Assembly (NCBI RefSeq): GCF_001949145.1
Contig: NW_019091362.1
Location: 2,239,838-2,303,837, forward strand
DNA length: 64,000 bases
Direction: 5' to 3'
From: Acanthaster planci
Lineage: Eukaryota
Both the position numbers and the translations under genes were made by a program. The notes below the pieces were generated by a model. That model did not search any database, was not told where the DNA came from, and saw only the letters and a list, made by a program, of their open reading frames with translations. Shown piece by piece: positions 36,001-48,625 of the stretch (its first letter is position 1; every line of letters begins with the position of its first letter).

Positions 36001-38574
36001 ACAAAGTTGGGGTTAAAATTAGATGAAATTCTCTGAGAAATCCCCGTTTTAGTTATCCATTGACGGGCGTCGTCATGGGCGAATCTTGAACCAAACGTTT
36101 GATAGGATTTTTGCGGCGAAGACCAAATCTGTTCAAAGAGCAAAAATTCTAATAGCAACTTGTCTGACCTCTCTGGGTGAAGCTATATGGTTGGGCTATT
36201 ACACGCTTAACAGAGGATTTTTAAATTGGTCCAAACTTTGTACTTCTCTCGTAACATTTCGAAAAATATACTCTTGGCTCATATCTGGAGGGCAGCGGGT
36301 CCCTAGCTCAACCCTAACCTGGAATGCACCAACGAGCATCGATCACTACCCGTAGTAGGAGGACGTCCTCTGTAAAGACCAGAACACCGATGGGCCTCTG
36401 TGGTGGAGTGGTGTGTTATTGCTTGAGAAGGTGTAGGGACGTGCCTTTCCCCTCCCAAGCCCCTTGCTGATTGGGGGGATGCTAAAAGGCATCAGGTAAG
36501 CTTAATTGTTTTGCATTTAATAAGAATTATGATTTTTGCCTTCTGTTCTGCCACCGAGGTCCGGCTTTTAAAACAAATTCGCAAGAAGAATAGACTTTTG
36601 GCACCAAAAGAAAAACAAAAAGCAGGTAAGAAGAATTCCCCCGAAGAATATTATCCGACATTCAATATCTTAGATTCGATTAGTTACATGACCGCCAGGC
36701 TGCACAAAAAAAAGGTAAAACCGTTTTCTTGAGTTCGTCAATGTTAAGGAGAAGGAGGTGCATTCTGAGAACTGTTAATAACGAAATGAAGACAAGTTAG
36801 CGGCTACATTGTTTGTTTCTGTCAAGGATAGCTCAATTCCCTTTGCTGTAAAATCTCTTTTAGCCAGTGTCTCGTGACAAATTGAATGCGCATGGATATA
36901 GGTTCAAACGGTGTGTGGAGCCGTTTCTGGTAATTCAGATTTGCGAGGATCGTTCGGATGTCGCAAAGACGTCACACGACGGTTTTGGTGGTGTTCGCCG
37001 TCGTGTTTTGCTGTGTCAAACACATTTATTACGTCAACAACAACCTTTCACCTGCCATTCATCAGAAGTACATGCGACCCGATTAAGTATTGTCATTTTG
37101 AAGCTTTTTGTCAGAATCATCGTGTGGCGCTTTCTTTTGATATCACTTGTGTGCATTTCAAGTCTCATAGCGTGATGGTAATTTGATTTGCTGGGATAAA
37201 TATGTTTGTGGACTTCATCAAAACTGATCGTTTCCCAAAGGCTTGTTTGTCAGTTTTTCTGAGAAGATAGACGAGCTGGCGACATGATGGCAAAATTATG
37301 CACGTCATAAAAACGCCAATCGTTTGATTCGGATGTTAGCAATAACCGTATTTCGGTCTGAGATTTTTCTTGATTGTAGACTGACCCTTTAGACAGCCCC
37401 TAATCAACTAATACACACATAATGCTATTTGATCGAAAATGGGCCTTCAAATAGAATTTACTATGTTCCTTCCCTGTCTCAAATCATCAAAATTCCAAGC
37501 ATCAAAGCACTCCGTTTTATCAACACGTTATAGTTTTGCTTTGTAGTTTTCTTTATTTCTGTTTTTTTAACGCGTGATCACAGCACAAAGGGAAAGAATC
37601 CAGCAGTTGGCCATAGGTTGAGAAATGTAAACCTCCCCTCCTCCAAACAAATATATGTATATATGGCACAGGCATTAACTGGAACTAAACTGCAACGGAC
37701 TAGCACCCCATCCAAGGGAAACAGAAACATTCTCAGGGCTTTCATGCTATTGATCAGTAAAAGCCATAGACACGTCTGCACTTTATTTAGCCACTAGGAT
37801 TGTACATCTGACATGGTTACAAATCGAAGAACATCATTTTAGACAATTTTTATCCCGTACATGTTTTCTGTAAATAATAAGCGAATTTTAAGGAGTACCT
37901 CACTAACTGCAGAAGAATTTGGAATGACAGTAGTGTTAGGATTTAATTCTCGAACAAAATATCACAATTGCTGGTGCCTGAATTGACAACAATATTTCAA
38001 CATTTCTTCAAGCTTTCGTTTGACTTATTCTTTGACAGCCGTATCCGATTCACACCGTTCTTTAGTATGAACAGTCTGCATTCGTGAATATAAACGGAGT
38101 TCTCGACTCCTACAAGGAGGAACCTAAAATTGGATCGCTATCGTCTCCCTAATGCTCTTTTTCATGACGTGTTGGCTGCTTTAGTGATAGATCGGCTAAA
38201 ACTGGCTAACGACGCATACCGAGATTGGATAATCACTAAGGCAGGTAGTTTTACACTAAAGACCAAACTGACTCACCTCTGATCAAATTGAAGAGCACAT
38301 TCGACGTTAGTTGACCGTTTCTCTTGTCGTCTTCCTCCCCCGCGGTTGACCAGTAGTCTCGGTTCACCGTGCCTGGATGCTGGGCCCTATCCTCGGTTAC
38401 GACCGGGCCCGACTCTTCGACCCCCGGTCGCTGCCAAATCACCCGGTTCCTCATCCAACCTTCCCCGGGCCGGCCGAACCATATCCCGCTAGCCCCGCCG
38501 CTGCAGAGGCCCAGAAAAATCAGGCACAGGGACGCCAACGACAGCGGTCGCGACGAGAGGAAATACCCGCTCAT
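20864..38574 (-). CDS. Secreted protein with 7 LDL-receptor class A repeats and a Thr-rich tail (uncharacterised), about 517 aa
   Basis: Minus-strand join 38574-38277, 29508-29365, 27473-27198, 26545-26423, 24357-24235, 23837-23697, 23050-22907, 22199-22051, 21019-20864 (1554 nt, open frame, all GT-AG, phase-1 LDLa cassettes). Each internal exon carries a 6-Cys repeat ending in a CDGxxDCxDGSDExxC-like motif. Joining of the first exon is inferred from its signal peptide and matching phase; an upstream in-frame ATG at 38595 is possible. Confidence 0.8.
22051..22199 (-). CDS. LDLa protein exon 8: LDLa repeat 7
   Basis: [50 protein letters not shown]; phase 1 to 0, which puts the last exon in its Thr-rich frame. 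Confidence 0.88.
22907..23050 (-). CDS. LDLa protein exon 7: LDLa repeat 6
   Basis: [48 protein letters not shown]; gtcAG acceptor and GTgagt donor. Confidence 0.9.
23697..23837 (-). CDS. LDLa protein exon 6: LDLa repeat 5
   Basis: [47 protein letters not shown]; tttAG acceptor and GTcagt donor. Confidence 0.88.
24235..24357 (-). CDS. LDLa protein exon 5: LDLa repeat 4
   Basis: [41 protein letters not shown]; 123 nt, AAG acceptor, GTaagt donor. Confidence 0.88.
26423..26545 (-). CDS. LDLa protein exon 4: LDLa repeat 3
   Basis: [41 protein letters not shown]; 123 nt, phase 1-1; missed by the ORF track. Confidence 0.9.
27198..27473 (-). CDS. LDLa protein exon 3: linker and LDLa repeat 2
   Basis: EFPNRQ...[36 protein letters not shown]; long pyrimidine tract acceptor; an alternative in-frame acceptor would start the exon at 27329. 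Confidence 0.85.
29365..29508 (-). CDS. LDLa protein exon 2: LDLa repeat 1
   Basis: [48 protein letters not shown]; catcAG acceptor and GTaag donor, phase 1-1. Confidence 0.92.
29580..29804. repeat. Palindromic MITE-like element
   Basis: TACCGAAGTGTGACGTCACTGTGAAC...GTGCAAACGAATGGAGT vs ACTCCATTCGTTTGCAC...GTTCACAGTGACGTCACACTTCGGTA. Confidence 0.82.
38277..38574 (-). CDS. LDLa protein exon 1: signal peptide and pro-region
   Basis: [30 protein letters not shown] hydrophobic leader; GC-rich; strong G|GTGAGT donor in phase 1, compatible with the next exon. Confidence 0.68.
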
Positions 38575-40173
38575 CTGGTGATGAGAATGCAACATGTCGG
38601 AGCTCAGGGAAGTCGGGGGAAAGTGATCAGTTCTTTTGCAGTGTTCAGTTTCTCATCTGGTTCGAAATCTCACCGGAGCACTGACGTGGTCGTTGGCACA
38701 TCATCGAAGAAACTTGTTTCTTTGGACGGGCCAAAAGTGAACAACTTTTATATGCGAGTCGGTGACAGACCTAGCTTCGCCCAAGCGGAAGAGATTTATT
38801 TCGTACTGTGGCGGAAGGATATTCTCATCATTCAATATTAATACCTATGCTAATTTTACATAAATATGTAATCTGATAAAATCTTTATTAGATCCTATGT
38901 CAACATCGAAATATAGAAATATGGCATGGTATTGTAAAAAAAAACCTAAGTTGGATTGATTACCTGTGAAGTAATTTAGCTTTTATAGATTGCGGTTTTT
39001 GTGAATTATACATTTTGAACGATGTGTTTGCGTTGGGTGAACCACCAACTAGATGTGCCTACTGGATGTGTCTTCTGTCAGTAAAAATGTCACAGTCGTG
39101 GATGAATCATTCATTATCTCGATGAAGCATCTAGCTCCTTTTAGTTTTGTGTAGTTGGTAAGCCAAATAAATACAATTCTTTTTCTGTGTTTTAACCTCT
39201 AAAGCGATTTTAAAGGATGAAGCTGGTGTAGAACTTTGAGAAGTGATCAATGATTGGGCCTCAAATCATAACGTAATCGTTTGCGGGTTTGGGTTGAGGA
39301 GGCCAAAATGGAGGCTGTTGGTTCCAACCAAGCGGCTCTAAAAAGGGAGTCTTGCCGTGAGGTGTTGAGGAGCTTGGTTTACAGAAGCTGAGTATCCAAA
39401 ATTCAAAGGGAAGTGTTGACCGTTGCCAAGAAATTTAGGCGCATGTTTTCTCAGTATTATAGTGGAGAGTAAAGTGCTTTGAGGTGCTTGGAGAAACTGG
39501 ATGTCTGCCAATTTAAACACGCAGATTTGGCTTGTTCTTAAATTGCAATCCCAGCGAACTTCTCAGCGAAATGTAGGTCGCCACACAGAAGGGTAAACGG
39601 AATTTCAAATATAATTGGAGATTGTGATTTTGAGATTGTGGTCATTTCGCTGAAGAATAATCTGGAACTGAGGGCTTGAAGGAGCGGGCGATTGGAAGAT
39701 TTAAAGAGGTTAATACGCAACTTCTGCATGCACAACCGGCCAGCTGCGTTTAACGGCTGGCGGGCAGGTGACGGGCCCATACCGGGACTGGTTTGCTGGC
39801 TGACTCCCTATGCGTTGGTGGCTGGTTTCGGTGTCGGTTGATGGTTCGATCTTGGTGACCGTCAGCGGTCGGTCCACAAAGCACATATATGTGAGCTGCG
39901 ATGCATTACAGTGACAATCTATTCAGAAAGAACAGTGGGTTTGTGTTCAATTTTCCTTCATTAAGGCCTACAAATGGTCAATTGCATTTCAAACTCATGT
40001 GTGTCTTGCAAATTTTAAATCCTTTTGACCAAAGAGGAAAGGTCGACAGAAAAATGCCTCTGTCTTTAAACCGAGTTTGCCTTTCGGTTTTGCTTCTGAA
40101 TAACATGATAGTGACCGCAATGATGACCACCGAAGTGTCCACAGACATAGGCGAATGAGCTCATGGCCACAAC

Positions 40174-40210
40174 AGGGTTAGGGTTAGGGTTAGGGGTTAG
40201 GGTTAGGGTT
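40174..40210 (+). repeat. Interstitial telomere-like (TTAGGG)n tract, about 6 units
   Basis: AGGGTTAGGGTTAGGGTTAGGGGTTAGGGTTAGGGTT read directly. Confidence 0.9.
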
Positions 40211-40798
40211 ACTCACTTATTTCCTTTGTCATTGCATGGAGGAATGGTCATTGCCACCCGTGTCTTAACTCTTCTGGAAATCTCGTGTAAAAGACTTATC
40301 TGGTTTGGAACTGTATTGAGATTGGGGCTGATACCGTAACAGAACGGAACTCAATTTAGGGATCAGTAGGGGGCAAAATAGGAAATTTCTTTGGTGAAAA
40401 AGTAGGCTAGAATGTTTCTGTTAGGCTAGGATTTTTCTGCCCAGAAAATTTTTAAGGGGAAGGGGTGGGTTGTCGTGAAATTCAGGTGCGTTTGGGGAGG
40501 CACTTTGCCCAGTCACCCTCCACTGGATGTTGCACCATATACTTGTATTAATTTGATGAAATGGACTTGTAGAGTAAGGGAGGTTTCGATTCGAAGTATA
40601 TGACTTGAAAATTTTGCTTTCAGGTCTTGGACGTGATCCGCATACCTCTTTTAAGTAAACAGTTAGTGTCTTTACACATGATTTTTGGAGAATTAAATAC
40701 CTGCCGCCTGAGGACGGTAAACTTAGACTGGAGTGAACAGATTGGGAGAATTAAGGACTGGGGAGTTGAACAAGCCTATATTCAGGACGAGCCTGCTT

Positions 40799-41005
40799 CA
40801 TGGGCGTCAATCGGTGGTAGACAGGGGGACATGTCCCCCACACTTTTCCAAGTGGGGGTATTATATCAATTACGCCCCCCTCCACCTTTTTTCCAAAACC
40901 TAAATGAAAATGCATAGCTTGCAGAAGCATTTGTTTAAAAAAAAAGTTGTCAAAGTAGCCAAAAGTTGTCACAGATGGCACCACAGAGCATCTATACTCC
41001 AAAGT
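40799..41005 (+). mobile_element. Truncated copy of the 7039-7360 hAT MITE
   Basis: CATGGGCGTCAATCGGTGG...TTTTCCAAAACCTAAAT...AAAGTAGCCA...CAGAGCATCTATACTC is collinear with 7039-7232. Confidence 0.8.
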
Positions 41006-41351
41006 CTGTAAAGAATTCTTGAGATTCCGATCAAACAATGACCAACACAAAGGCCGGGGGGGTGTCCTCTCCGTCCCATATCTTGCTTCAAATGTCTATA
41101 GGTACTATATAGCGCAACAAAAACGTAACCGTCTTATGAGGTCGAAGCACTTTTGTGTCAAAATACTGTCTCAAAAAGGCAGGTGTACGTTAGTTGTATT
41201 TCTCTCTATAAGATCTATTAGAATGAAGTTCGGAATGGAATTACACTAATGGATCTATTACCTTGAAGTAAACATATGTCCAAATGTGTCCTTTAATAAG
41301 TGAATCAAAGATCGCTGTCCTGAAGAGATTATGATATTCAAATGACAATTT

Positions 41352-41530
41352 AGGGGAGTCGGGTTAGCCTAGGCGCTCTTTCCTCGCCTTCCAACTCTGC
41401 GACCCGGGTTCGAAATCCCACCTAGGTCAGTATGTGGATTGGCTTTTCAGTTTCTGACAGATTCTGTAGGTTTTCCCTTGAATATTTATCCGGGGTTTTC
41501 TTCCCACCTCTAGAATTTTCCATTTCATTC
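41352..41530 (+). mobile_element. tRNA-derived SINE (degenerate)
   Basis: tRNA-like head with degenerate A box and B box GGGTTCGAAATCCC, followed by a non-tRNA body (ATGTGGATTGGCTTTTCAG...GGTTTTCCC); no intact cloverleaf. Confidence 0.7.
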
Positions 41531-43563
41531 TTTATTGCCATACATTCATCATATAATGGGCGCTGAATGCGATGTTGGATGAACATGAGTGAAATAATGA
41601 TGCATCCCCTTGTCCTAAGAAAATTGTTGACGTTTTGATACGTCTTCAACTTCACAAGTAACCCCCATACAAGTGCTATATGTAAGCAGAACGTTCACGT
41701 AAAATGATGGACGGTCCAGCCCACTGTTATGATTTTTCAATATTGCAGTGTAAACAAATTTAAGCGTGTTAGCAGGTAAACATTACGTTATCGTGCGCAT
41801 CTTTCCAAAAGTAAAGAGTCCCTCGTGTTTTCAAATAAAAACCCCTTCGTGCTGTAAAATTGATTTTGACACTTTGATATATTTTTTAATTCATTTCTTT
41901 TATTTGATATCAGATCACGTCCCAGGTATATAATATCATTCATCTGAGACAGAAGTTGATTTAAGTGTCCGTTTTATTTCTCCACGATTTACAAATAAAG
42001 TAAAGGAGAAAAGAAAGAGTTCGGAAATCGATTCAATCAAGCCAGGGCCGAAAACTAACTCCACATCGCATCCCAGTGGGAGTCAGTCTAGGATTACTGG
42101 AGAGAAGAAAGAAGGATGGCGTGCGCCAACCTGACTCCAATGGTTTGCTGCAGTCGTTGGGTTGAATACAAAATATTACAGAGCTTATTAAAGAAAGACT
42201 GAGAATCAAGAGAAGACAGAAAGAAAGCAAACTCCACCGCAGGGACTTTTTCACAAAATGGATACAAAAGTTAACAGCTCTAAAGTCAACGGAATCTGAT
42301 GAACTATGTCAACTTCTCAAGTTCCTGCGAAATTGGAAAAGGAGCTGGTCTTCATCGATAAGAGCTTCCAGGGCCAATGTATTACAATTGATATTCTCAG
42401 ATTAATTGCTATTACGCCGAGAAAAAAATCCATGCATGCTGACTTTGGAGAAACTGTTGTATTGAATGTTTTAAAAGTACATGTAGCCTAAATGTCAGTG
42501 GGGTCTTTCTTTGCCAAAAGGTCCTAGATTTGCAAAAGTATTGCTAACATCGGCGAGATTCTGCCCATTGCAACATTATTCCCAACTTTTCAAAGTGTAT
42601 TGCTCGGGCGGGCATTTTCTTATATTGGGTGCAATTTCTCAAGGAAAGACTTCAAATTGTTTCCTTTCTAAACCTGGTAACTCCAAATTTGTCCGTAACG
42701 CTTATTGATAGTCACGGTCTGTTCCGTGGCATTTAGTCCTTTTCAATGCAAGAAAAAAGACAAGAACATAAAACAGCCAAGAAAATGCCAAAATAGAGCC
42801 AAACCGTTGGCTTCATGACGGTCACTCCGTAGCTGCCTGTGGCGTGAAAACAGACATCAGGGGACAGGAGTTCGAAAAGAAAGGTCGAATTAGAAAAGCG
42901 AAATCCTCCCGTGAGTTAACTCTCTGCACTTTCTACCTCCAAGGACACATTAGGCTTTTTCCATAAAAATTCACTACAAACCTCCTGTACTTTGAGCGAC
43001 GGTGTCGTGGAACGCTCGGGTTGAACCGGATGTTTCTTAATAGAGTTTCCCTATCAGTAAAATTGATTCGGCTGACATTTTTTCTTCAATCACATCCGGT
43101 CCAAAATTTGGCTGATTTTGCTGCAGCAATGCGACGTACTCCTCACAAAATACTGAGACCTGTATACAGCATTGCAATTGCACGAGTTATCGCCTAGGTA
43201 CGCGACGGATGCCCAGTATGCATGGTATTGCGTACATGTGCTGTACGTACAAGAAGGCATATGGGGTGCACCTCTTAAAATAAATTCCAATAGACAGCAG
43301 TGATAAATCCCCGTACTTCACAAATATTTTAAAAATACTCACAACTCTCACAGGTGTCCAGGCTACACAGAAAAATGATGTTCCACATGTCCTCTTTCAT
43401 TTTCCTTTCAATTTTCGGGGGGTTGACCAATGAATTTTTGAGAAACTTTCACCAGAAGCAGACTACCCCTAAAATGCAGAAAATGTCCCTGTCCAGAAAA
43501 GTAGCCGTTTCGAAAAACCGTCCCTCTGCAAAATGGCTCAAATTGTGCCACTTTCAAACCCAA

Positions 43564-43637
43564 NNNNNNNNNNNNNNNNNNNNNNNNNNNNNNNNNNNNN
43601 NNNNNNNNNNNNNNNNNNNNNNNNNNNNNNNNNNNNN
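43564..43637. other. Assembly gap
   Basis: N run. Confidence 1.
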
Positions 43638-46600
43638 TGTATAACTTTTATTGATGAGCTCGGCGGACATATTTCTGGCCTAAATACGAGGGTGCACCCA
43701 TAACCAACTGGGTACCGGGTGTGCGTACAACATAGCGATGCTTACGCTGTTCTGCAAACGTGGGGACGACCTGCTGAACAACAATTATTATTGGGACAAA
43801 TTTACTTGGTTGACCGGAAGCCCCCCCCATCAATCCGGCTCAAAATTGCCTGACAAAGATCCAAACGCTTGGCCGGCCATTAGGACACGATACCTAGCAG
43901 GTACATGCACGATAGTTGTGCCCGATCACGAACATGCACAACATCGTTTGTACATTCACAAAACAAACTAGAAGAACTTGAAGATGTGGAATCTTGGTCA
44001 TCATGTCGACGTCCTATTAGGGATGACATTTTGACGACGCAGGCCCCACGGTGAAGTTTCACCTTAGTAGAATCACAATTATTGTTAATATTTTTCCTAG
44101 GTATTCATTTCCGTTTTGTGTAGTTTTTTTTCTGAGCATCGCAGTAATGTTTTGACTTATTGTTCTGAGATCAGAATGATTCTGGGGTATAAATGGCGCT
44201 GGCATGAAAAAGATTAATAAGAGGGACGTTGATTACAACGGGAACACACGCTTACACCCAAGCTCTCACAAAGAGAGAAAATTGCGGTGGGGGCAGAAAT
44301 CGAATAAACTGTTTTGTTAGGGAGGGAATCGACAGAACGATGCCGCTGACGCTTCGAGCAAAACATTCGTTTAGGAGAGCGTTTTAGCTGATGGACATTA
44401 TGGCAATATATAATCCCTAAGTGATCGAGGAGACATGTATTTTGTTTCAACTAAACCATTTCGTGGGCACCAACGCAGAGGTTTGGCGTAAGCAGCGATC
44501 TCCAGGGCCAAATCTGACAAGCGAAAAATGAAAAACACGGATGGTTTTAATGGTTTCCAATTTGGGTCCGATATTTTTCTGCCTCGTCCCGTCTTGTGTT
44601 TCCTGGGAGGGATCCAGCGCGGGACGGGGAGCGCCTGCGGTGAGTGCAAGGCGCGCAGACGGGTTAAGATCGCGTAGGCTCTCCCGCTGCGTATGTATGT
44701 AGTACCCGGCTTTCGCTGGATCAAGATCGCGTGGCTTGTGGCGCACAAGGGGAAATCCAATAGGCTCATCACTTTCAGGAGCAAAGCTCCGTTTTCAAGA
44801 GCGATTTGGGACGTAGTTTTTACAAGATGATTCATCCAACTCGCATATTACATACCGCAACTGGCAGCGTCCGTTATAATTATTTGCAACAATAGTGTGG
44901 TGTGCTCCGGTAAATAAACTAACTTATTCTCAGAACAGTTGGACTTGTTCGAGAGCAACTTTAATTTTGCGAGTCCCTCAGTTAACCTCGTTAAAAAAAA
45001 GCCGTTTCTGCAGCGGGGAAAGGTTCATCTTTTTCATTCAAATTTTAGCAGGGATACGTGCAACAGCTATAGAAGCACTTGATACACATTGGTTGGGCTC
45101 ATAAGCCATCAAACCTCAATGGGCATCGACTACATTTCAAGCCTCATTTGGATGCAGGGCATTTGCCAGTCTGTCACAATGTTTTCATGCTGTAAATTGC
45201 AAACTTGGGACAGTGTCACCATTGTGCGTTTGTAGGGTGCCGAATAACACTTGGGGGAAAAGGTTGTCTCGAGAACAGTCGAGTGTTTGGCGTTGTAAAT
45301 TGGTTGGGGTGTTATGAGTATGATTCGCTTTCAACAGAGCCATGCACTGAAGTGAATATTTTGCCCCTGTTTCACAGCCAGAAAGCCCTGTGCCTGTGTT
45401 TGCAGATAGAGAAAACTAACGTGGCGGGGCCCAAGAGGAAAGTGTACGGGTTGTTGGCAAAGGGTGGGTGGTGGGACTCTGACGATTTCACGGTGCGTGG
45501 CATAATCGATTGGAAATGTTTCCGTGAAGCTCAGGCCCGTGATGAATCGATGCGCAATTGGAATCAACGTGTTTCTGTCTTCAGTATTTAGACTATTGTC
45601 CATGAAACAGAATACGGTACTTACTGCTTGTTTGATTGCAGTTGTCGGATGGAAGTACCGAAAGATTAAATAATGCCATTGCCAAAGAAAAGGACGGAAT
45701 TTCACGACTTGTATTGGCTTGTGTACTATAAGAAATTATCAATCTTGAAGCAATCAGCGGCGTAGCCGGGGTTTACACTGTACCCGGTATGAAGGCAAGG
45801 CGGCTGAATGTTACAGGTTGGGGTCACAAGTCCCAGAATTTTCGTTATATTATTTTTTTTTTATGCCGGGGTTAAGCCCCTATCCCATCCTCGTTCTAAG
45901 TTACAGGAAGGAATGTATTGGATAATAGGTGTGCGCACGTCAGCGCAGGGAAGAAATCGTCTCGAGTCCAGGCATACCTTTGATCAGGAAAAGTTCAACA
46001 GAGCCCGAGGCCTAACTTACTGAAAATGCATGGAAAAAACTGCTGGCGTGTTTTACATAGGAGGGGGGGATGACGTTGCACCAAAAAGGTCAACAATGAC
46101 GACACAGATCCTCACCACTTTTTTTTCCAGTCGGCAATTACATGTTAGCTGCCTAGTTAATCCAAAGCAGTTTGTTTCAACCGGTCGAGTTGAATGGCAA
46201 AGCAACTTCCAAAGCAAGCGCGGCAACTCATAACACGCCCACTACCAACGGGTAAGCTAATCTTTTGACGCATGCGCCCGATACCCAAGAGACCCATGCA
46301 GATTTGTAGTAAGTGAAGAACACGCGCGATTTATCAAGCTCGGGAAGTCTGTTTTTCTGTAGAGATTTGTAAGAGTAGATGGATGAATGGTTAGTTACAA
46401 TAATTTATTCCTCGAGGGAAACTCGTAATATTTGCTATGTTGACCTACAGCTAACCCATGTCAAGGTTTTTTGGTCATTTTTATTGGTGTTGTCTCTTAT
46501 ACATGTCTCAGCATTTGATAAATCTTCACTCAGATCGTTTTCTTTCTTTTTTTCTCAATTTCCAGATGCATTCAAGAATTGAACATGATACTAGAAACTT

Positions 46601-48625
46601 GAGATGGATAGACTAAACTCCCGATAATTGAGTCGTGCCTTCGATTCTTCTTAAGGGCCAGAGGCGCCGTGTGTGAAAAGTCAGTAAAATGGAACTTAAG
46701 CCGGTTTCCGCCTCCTCGGAAAAATCAAATCAAATCAACATTTATTTCCATGCTTTCGTTATTTACAATAGAATCACATGTGTGTTCTTAATTACATGAT
46801 ACTACATAGATAAATGAAATATAACACAATATCTTAATGAAAATTTTGCACAGAATAGTTGAATGGTGGCAACATGAGGGAAAGTGGTGAAACAATATGC
46901 TTAATGTTCTTTCTGAAGGAAAAAAAGGGAAGGGAAAAGAACAAGGGATTAGGATTGACAACATCCTTGGCGGGCATCGTTTCAATTTGCAACTGGAAAC
47001 AGTCAGGCTGTCGCGGACGACGAAAATATCAGAACTTGTTGCTAAAACGTGTCTGGGTGATGTGACTTATTTTCAGAAGTGAAGGGAATCGCCTTCGGGC
47101 CCGTTAATCGATAGGCCTACTGGTGGCTACCTGACCTGAGAATTGTAGGGTTTGGGATCAGTTCAAACTTTTCATTTATTCACAACATTAACTGCCATTT
47201 GGTTAAATGTTCCCCCTTGCTTCGCAATTAACAACCTTTTGTCTGAAAACGCACTTGTTATTTCATGACTGTTAAAAATTCATTTATTATTTATTGTTCC
47301 GGGAGTTAAAGTTTTGCCTCAGGGAAGGGTCTTGCGTTTTCGGCAAACTGACGTGTTTGTCTCAAAGTTGTCGTGTCAGTCTCGATCATTGAAGCCGTCT
47401 TTTATCTTAATAATCTTGGTTGTCAATCGCTGTTTCTTCCGGCAAAACTATGCCATGGATACCTTTTATCTGACGATTTCTTGCCGATTTAAGACAGGCA
47501 CGAGGTCTCTTTGTTCGTTCTTCCGTTTATCTATCAACAGGTTTGTACCCTCTGCATCTGAAAAACAAATTTCCATTCGGATGTTTTTCGAGTACCGGTA
47601 AACGACACAAACAAAGCAAAATATACCAACCAAAACAGACGAGCAAAAATGAAAAACGACAACATCCTAAATTTCATTCAGGGGAAGAATTGTTGATACA
47701 GTTTAATAATTTGCCTGATATTTCAATTCTGGCAGCATCTTTTATCATTTTGGCTGTGGACTCGTATATTTAAGGAGCCCTCTCACGGTCTCGTTAAGTC
47801 CTGTTTCTTATAAACTCTGAATGTGCCAGGTCAATAGGCTTAAAACGATTCGAATATAGCATTTTAATCTGTTTTATTTCTGATGAATTATATTATAAAA
47901 CGGCACATTTTTGTTAAAAAACAATCTCTCTCCATACATCGAGTTGACTTTCATTCAATCGCCGTGGTGCATCATGCTGATTTATTGTCTTTGTTGAATC
48001 TTGTTTTTGACATTGAGACGGAAAGGGTTGTTCTTGACGGTTTGGCTTAACTTGTCAATGTCTTCACCATGGCGTTAGTGCGGTGGTAGGCGCGTGCGAG
48101 TTGCAACTGAGTATACCAGACGAGTATTAAGAGATATTAGAACTTTTCGGGTTTTGCTCTTTATAGTTACATTCTCACAATAACTTTCGGGTTACACTCT
48201 CTGAGGTGCAACGAGGCCCAAAGCGATTGTGCGATTCGAGCTTGATATCGACCAAATTTCACGTGACGTCAGGAGACGATAGCCAATTGTGGGGCGTTGT
48301 CCAGATCAACACCGGAGCTGTTATAGTGTAATTCGACCACCAGAATTAGAAGCCATTACTGCGGTGGCGCAACGCTCGTGCACAGGTGGTACGTGCGCGT
48401 TACGTGCCTCTTCGACCAACAGGGTGTTGTGATTTGCCAAATGCACGCGCGCGTCAAGCTGAATAATGTGCGTGTTAGTGCGGTGCCACCGCAGTTTTGG
48501 CGTCTAATCGGATTAGTCTATCCGCTCCGAGCGGAACAAAAGAGGGCGTGTTTTTTTTGTGTGTTTTTTTTGTACTTACCGCATAGGCGCGCCATGAGGC
48601 GTGCAAGTATATGCGCATTGAGCAC

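Noticed and set aside
36416..36440. TTATTGCTTGAGAA resembles the 5' part of miR-137
   Set aside because: The match stops after 14 nt and there is no complementary hairpin arm.
38377..38841. 154-aa plus-strand ORF
   Set aside because: Antisense shadow of the GC-rich signal-peptide exon; no domain or splice support.
41352..41425. Possible tRNA gene
   Set aside because: B box present but no acceptor or anticodon stems; continues into a SINE body.
42030..42330. Lys/Arg-rich frame reminiscent of a LINE ORF2 C-terminus (IKERLRI...FFTKW)
   Set aside because: Too short, interrupted by stops, and no RT or endonuclease motifs nearby.
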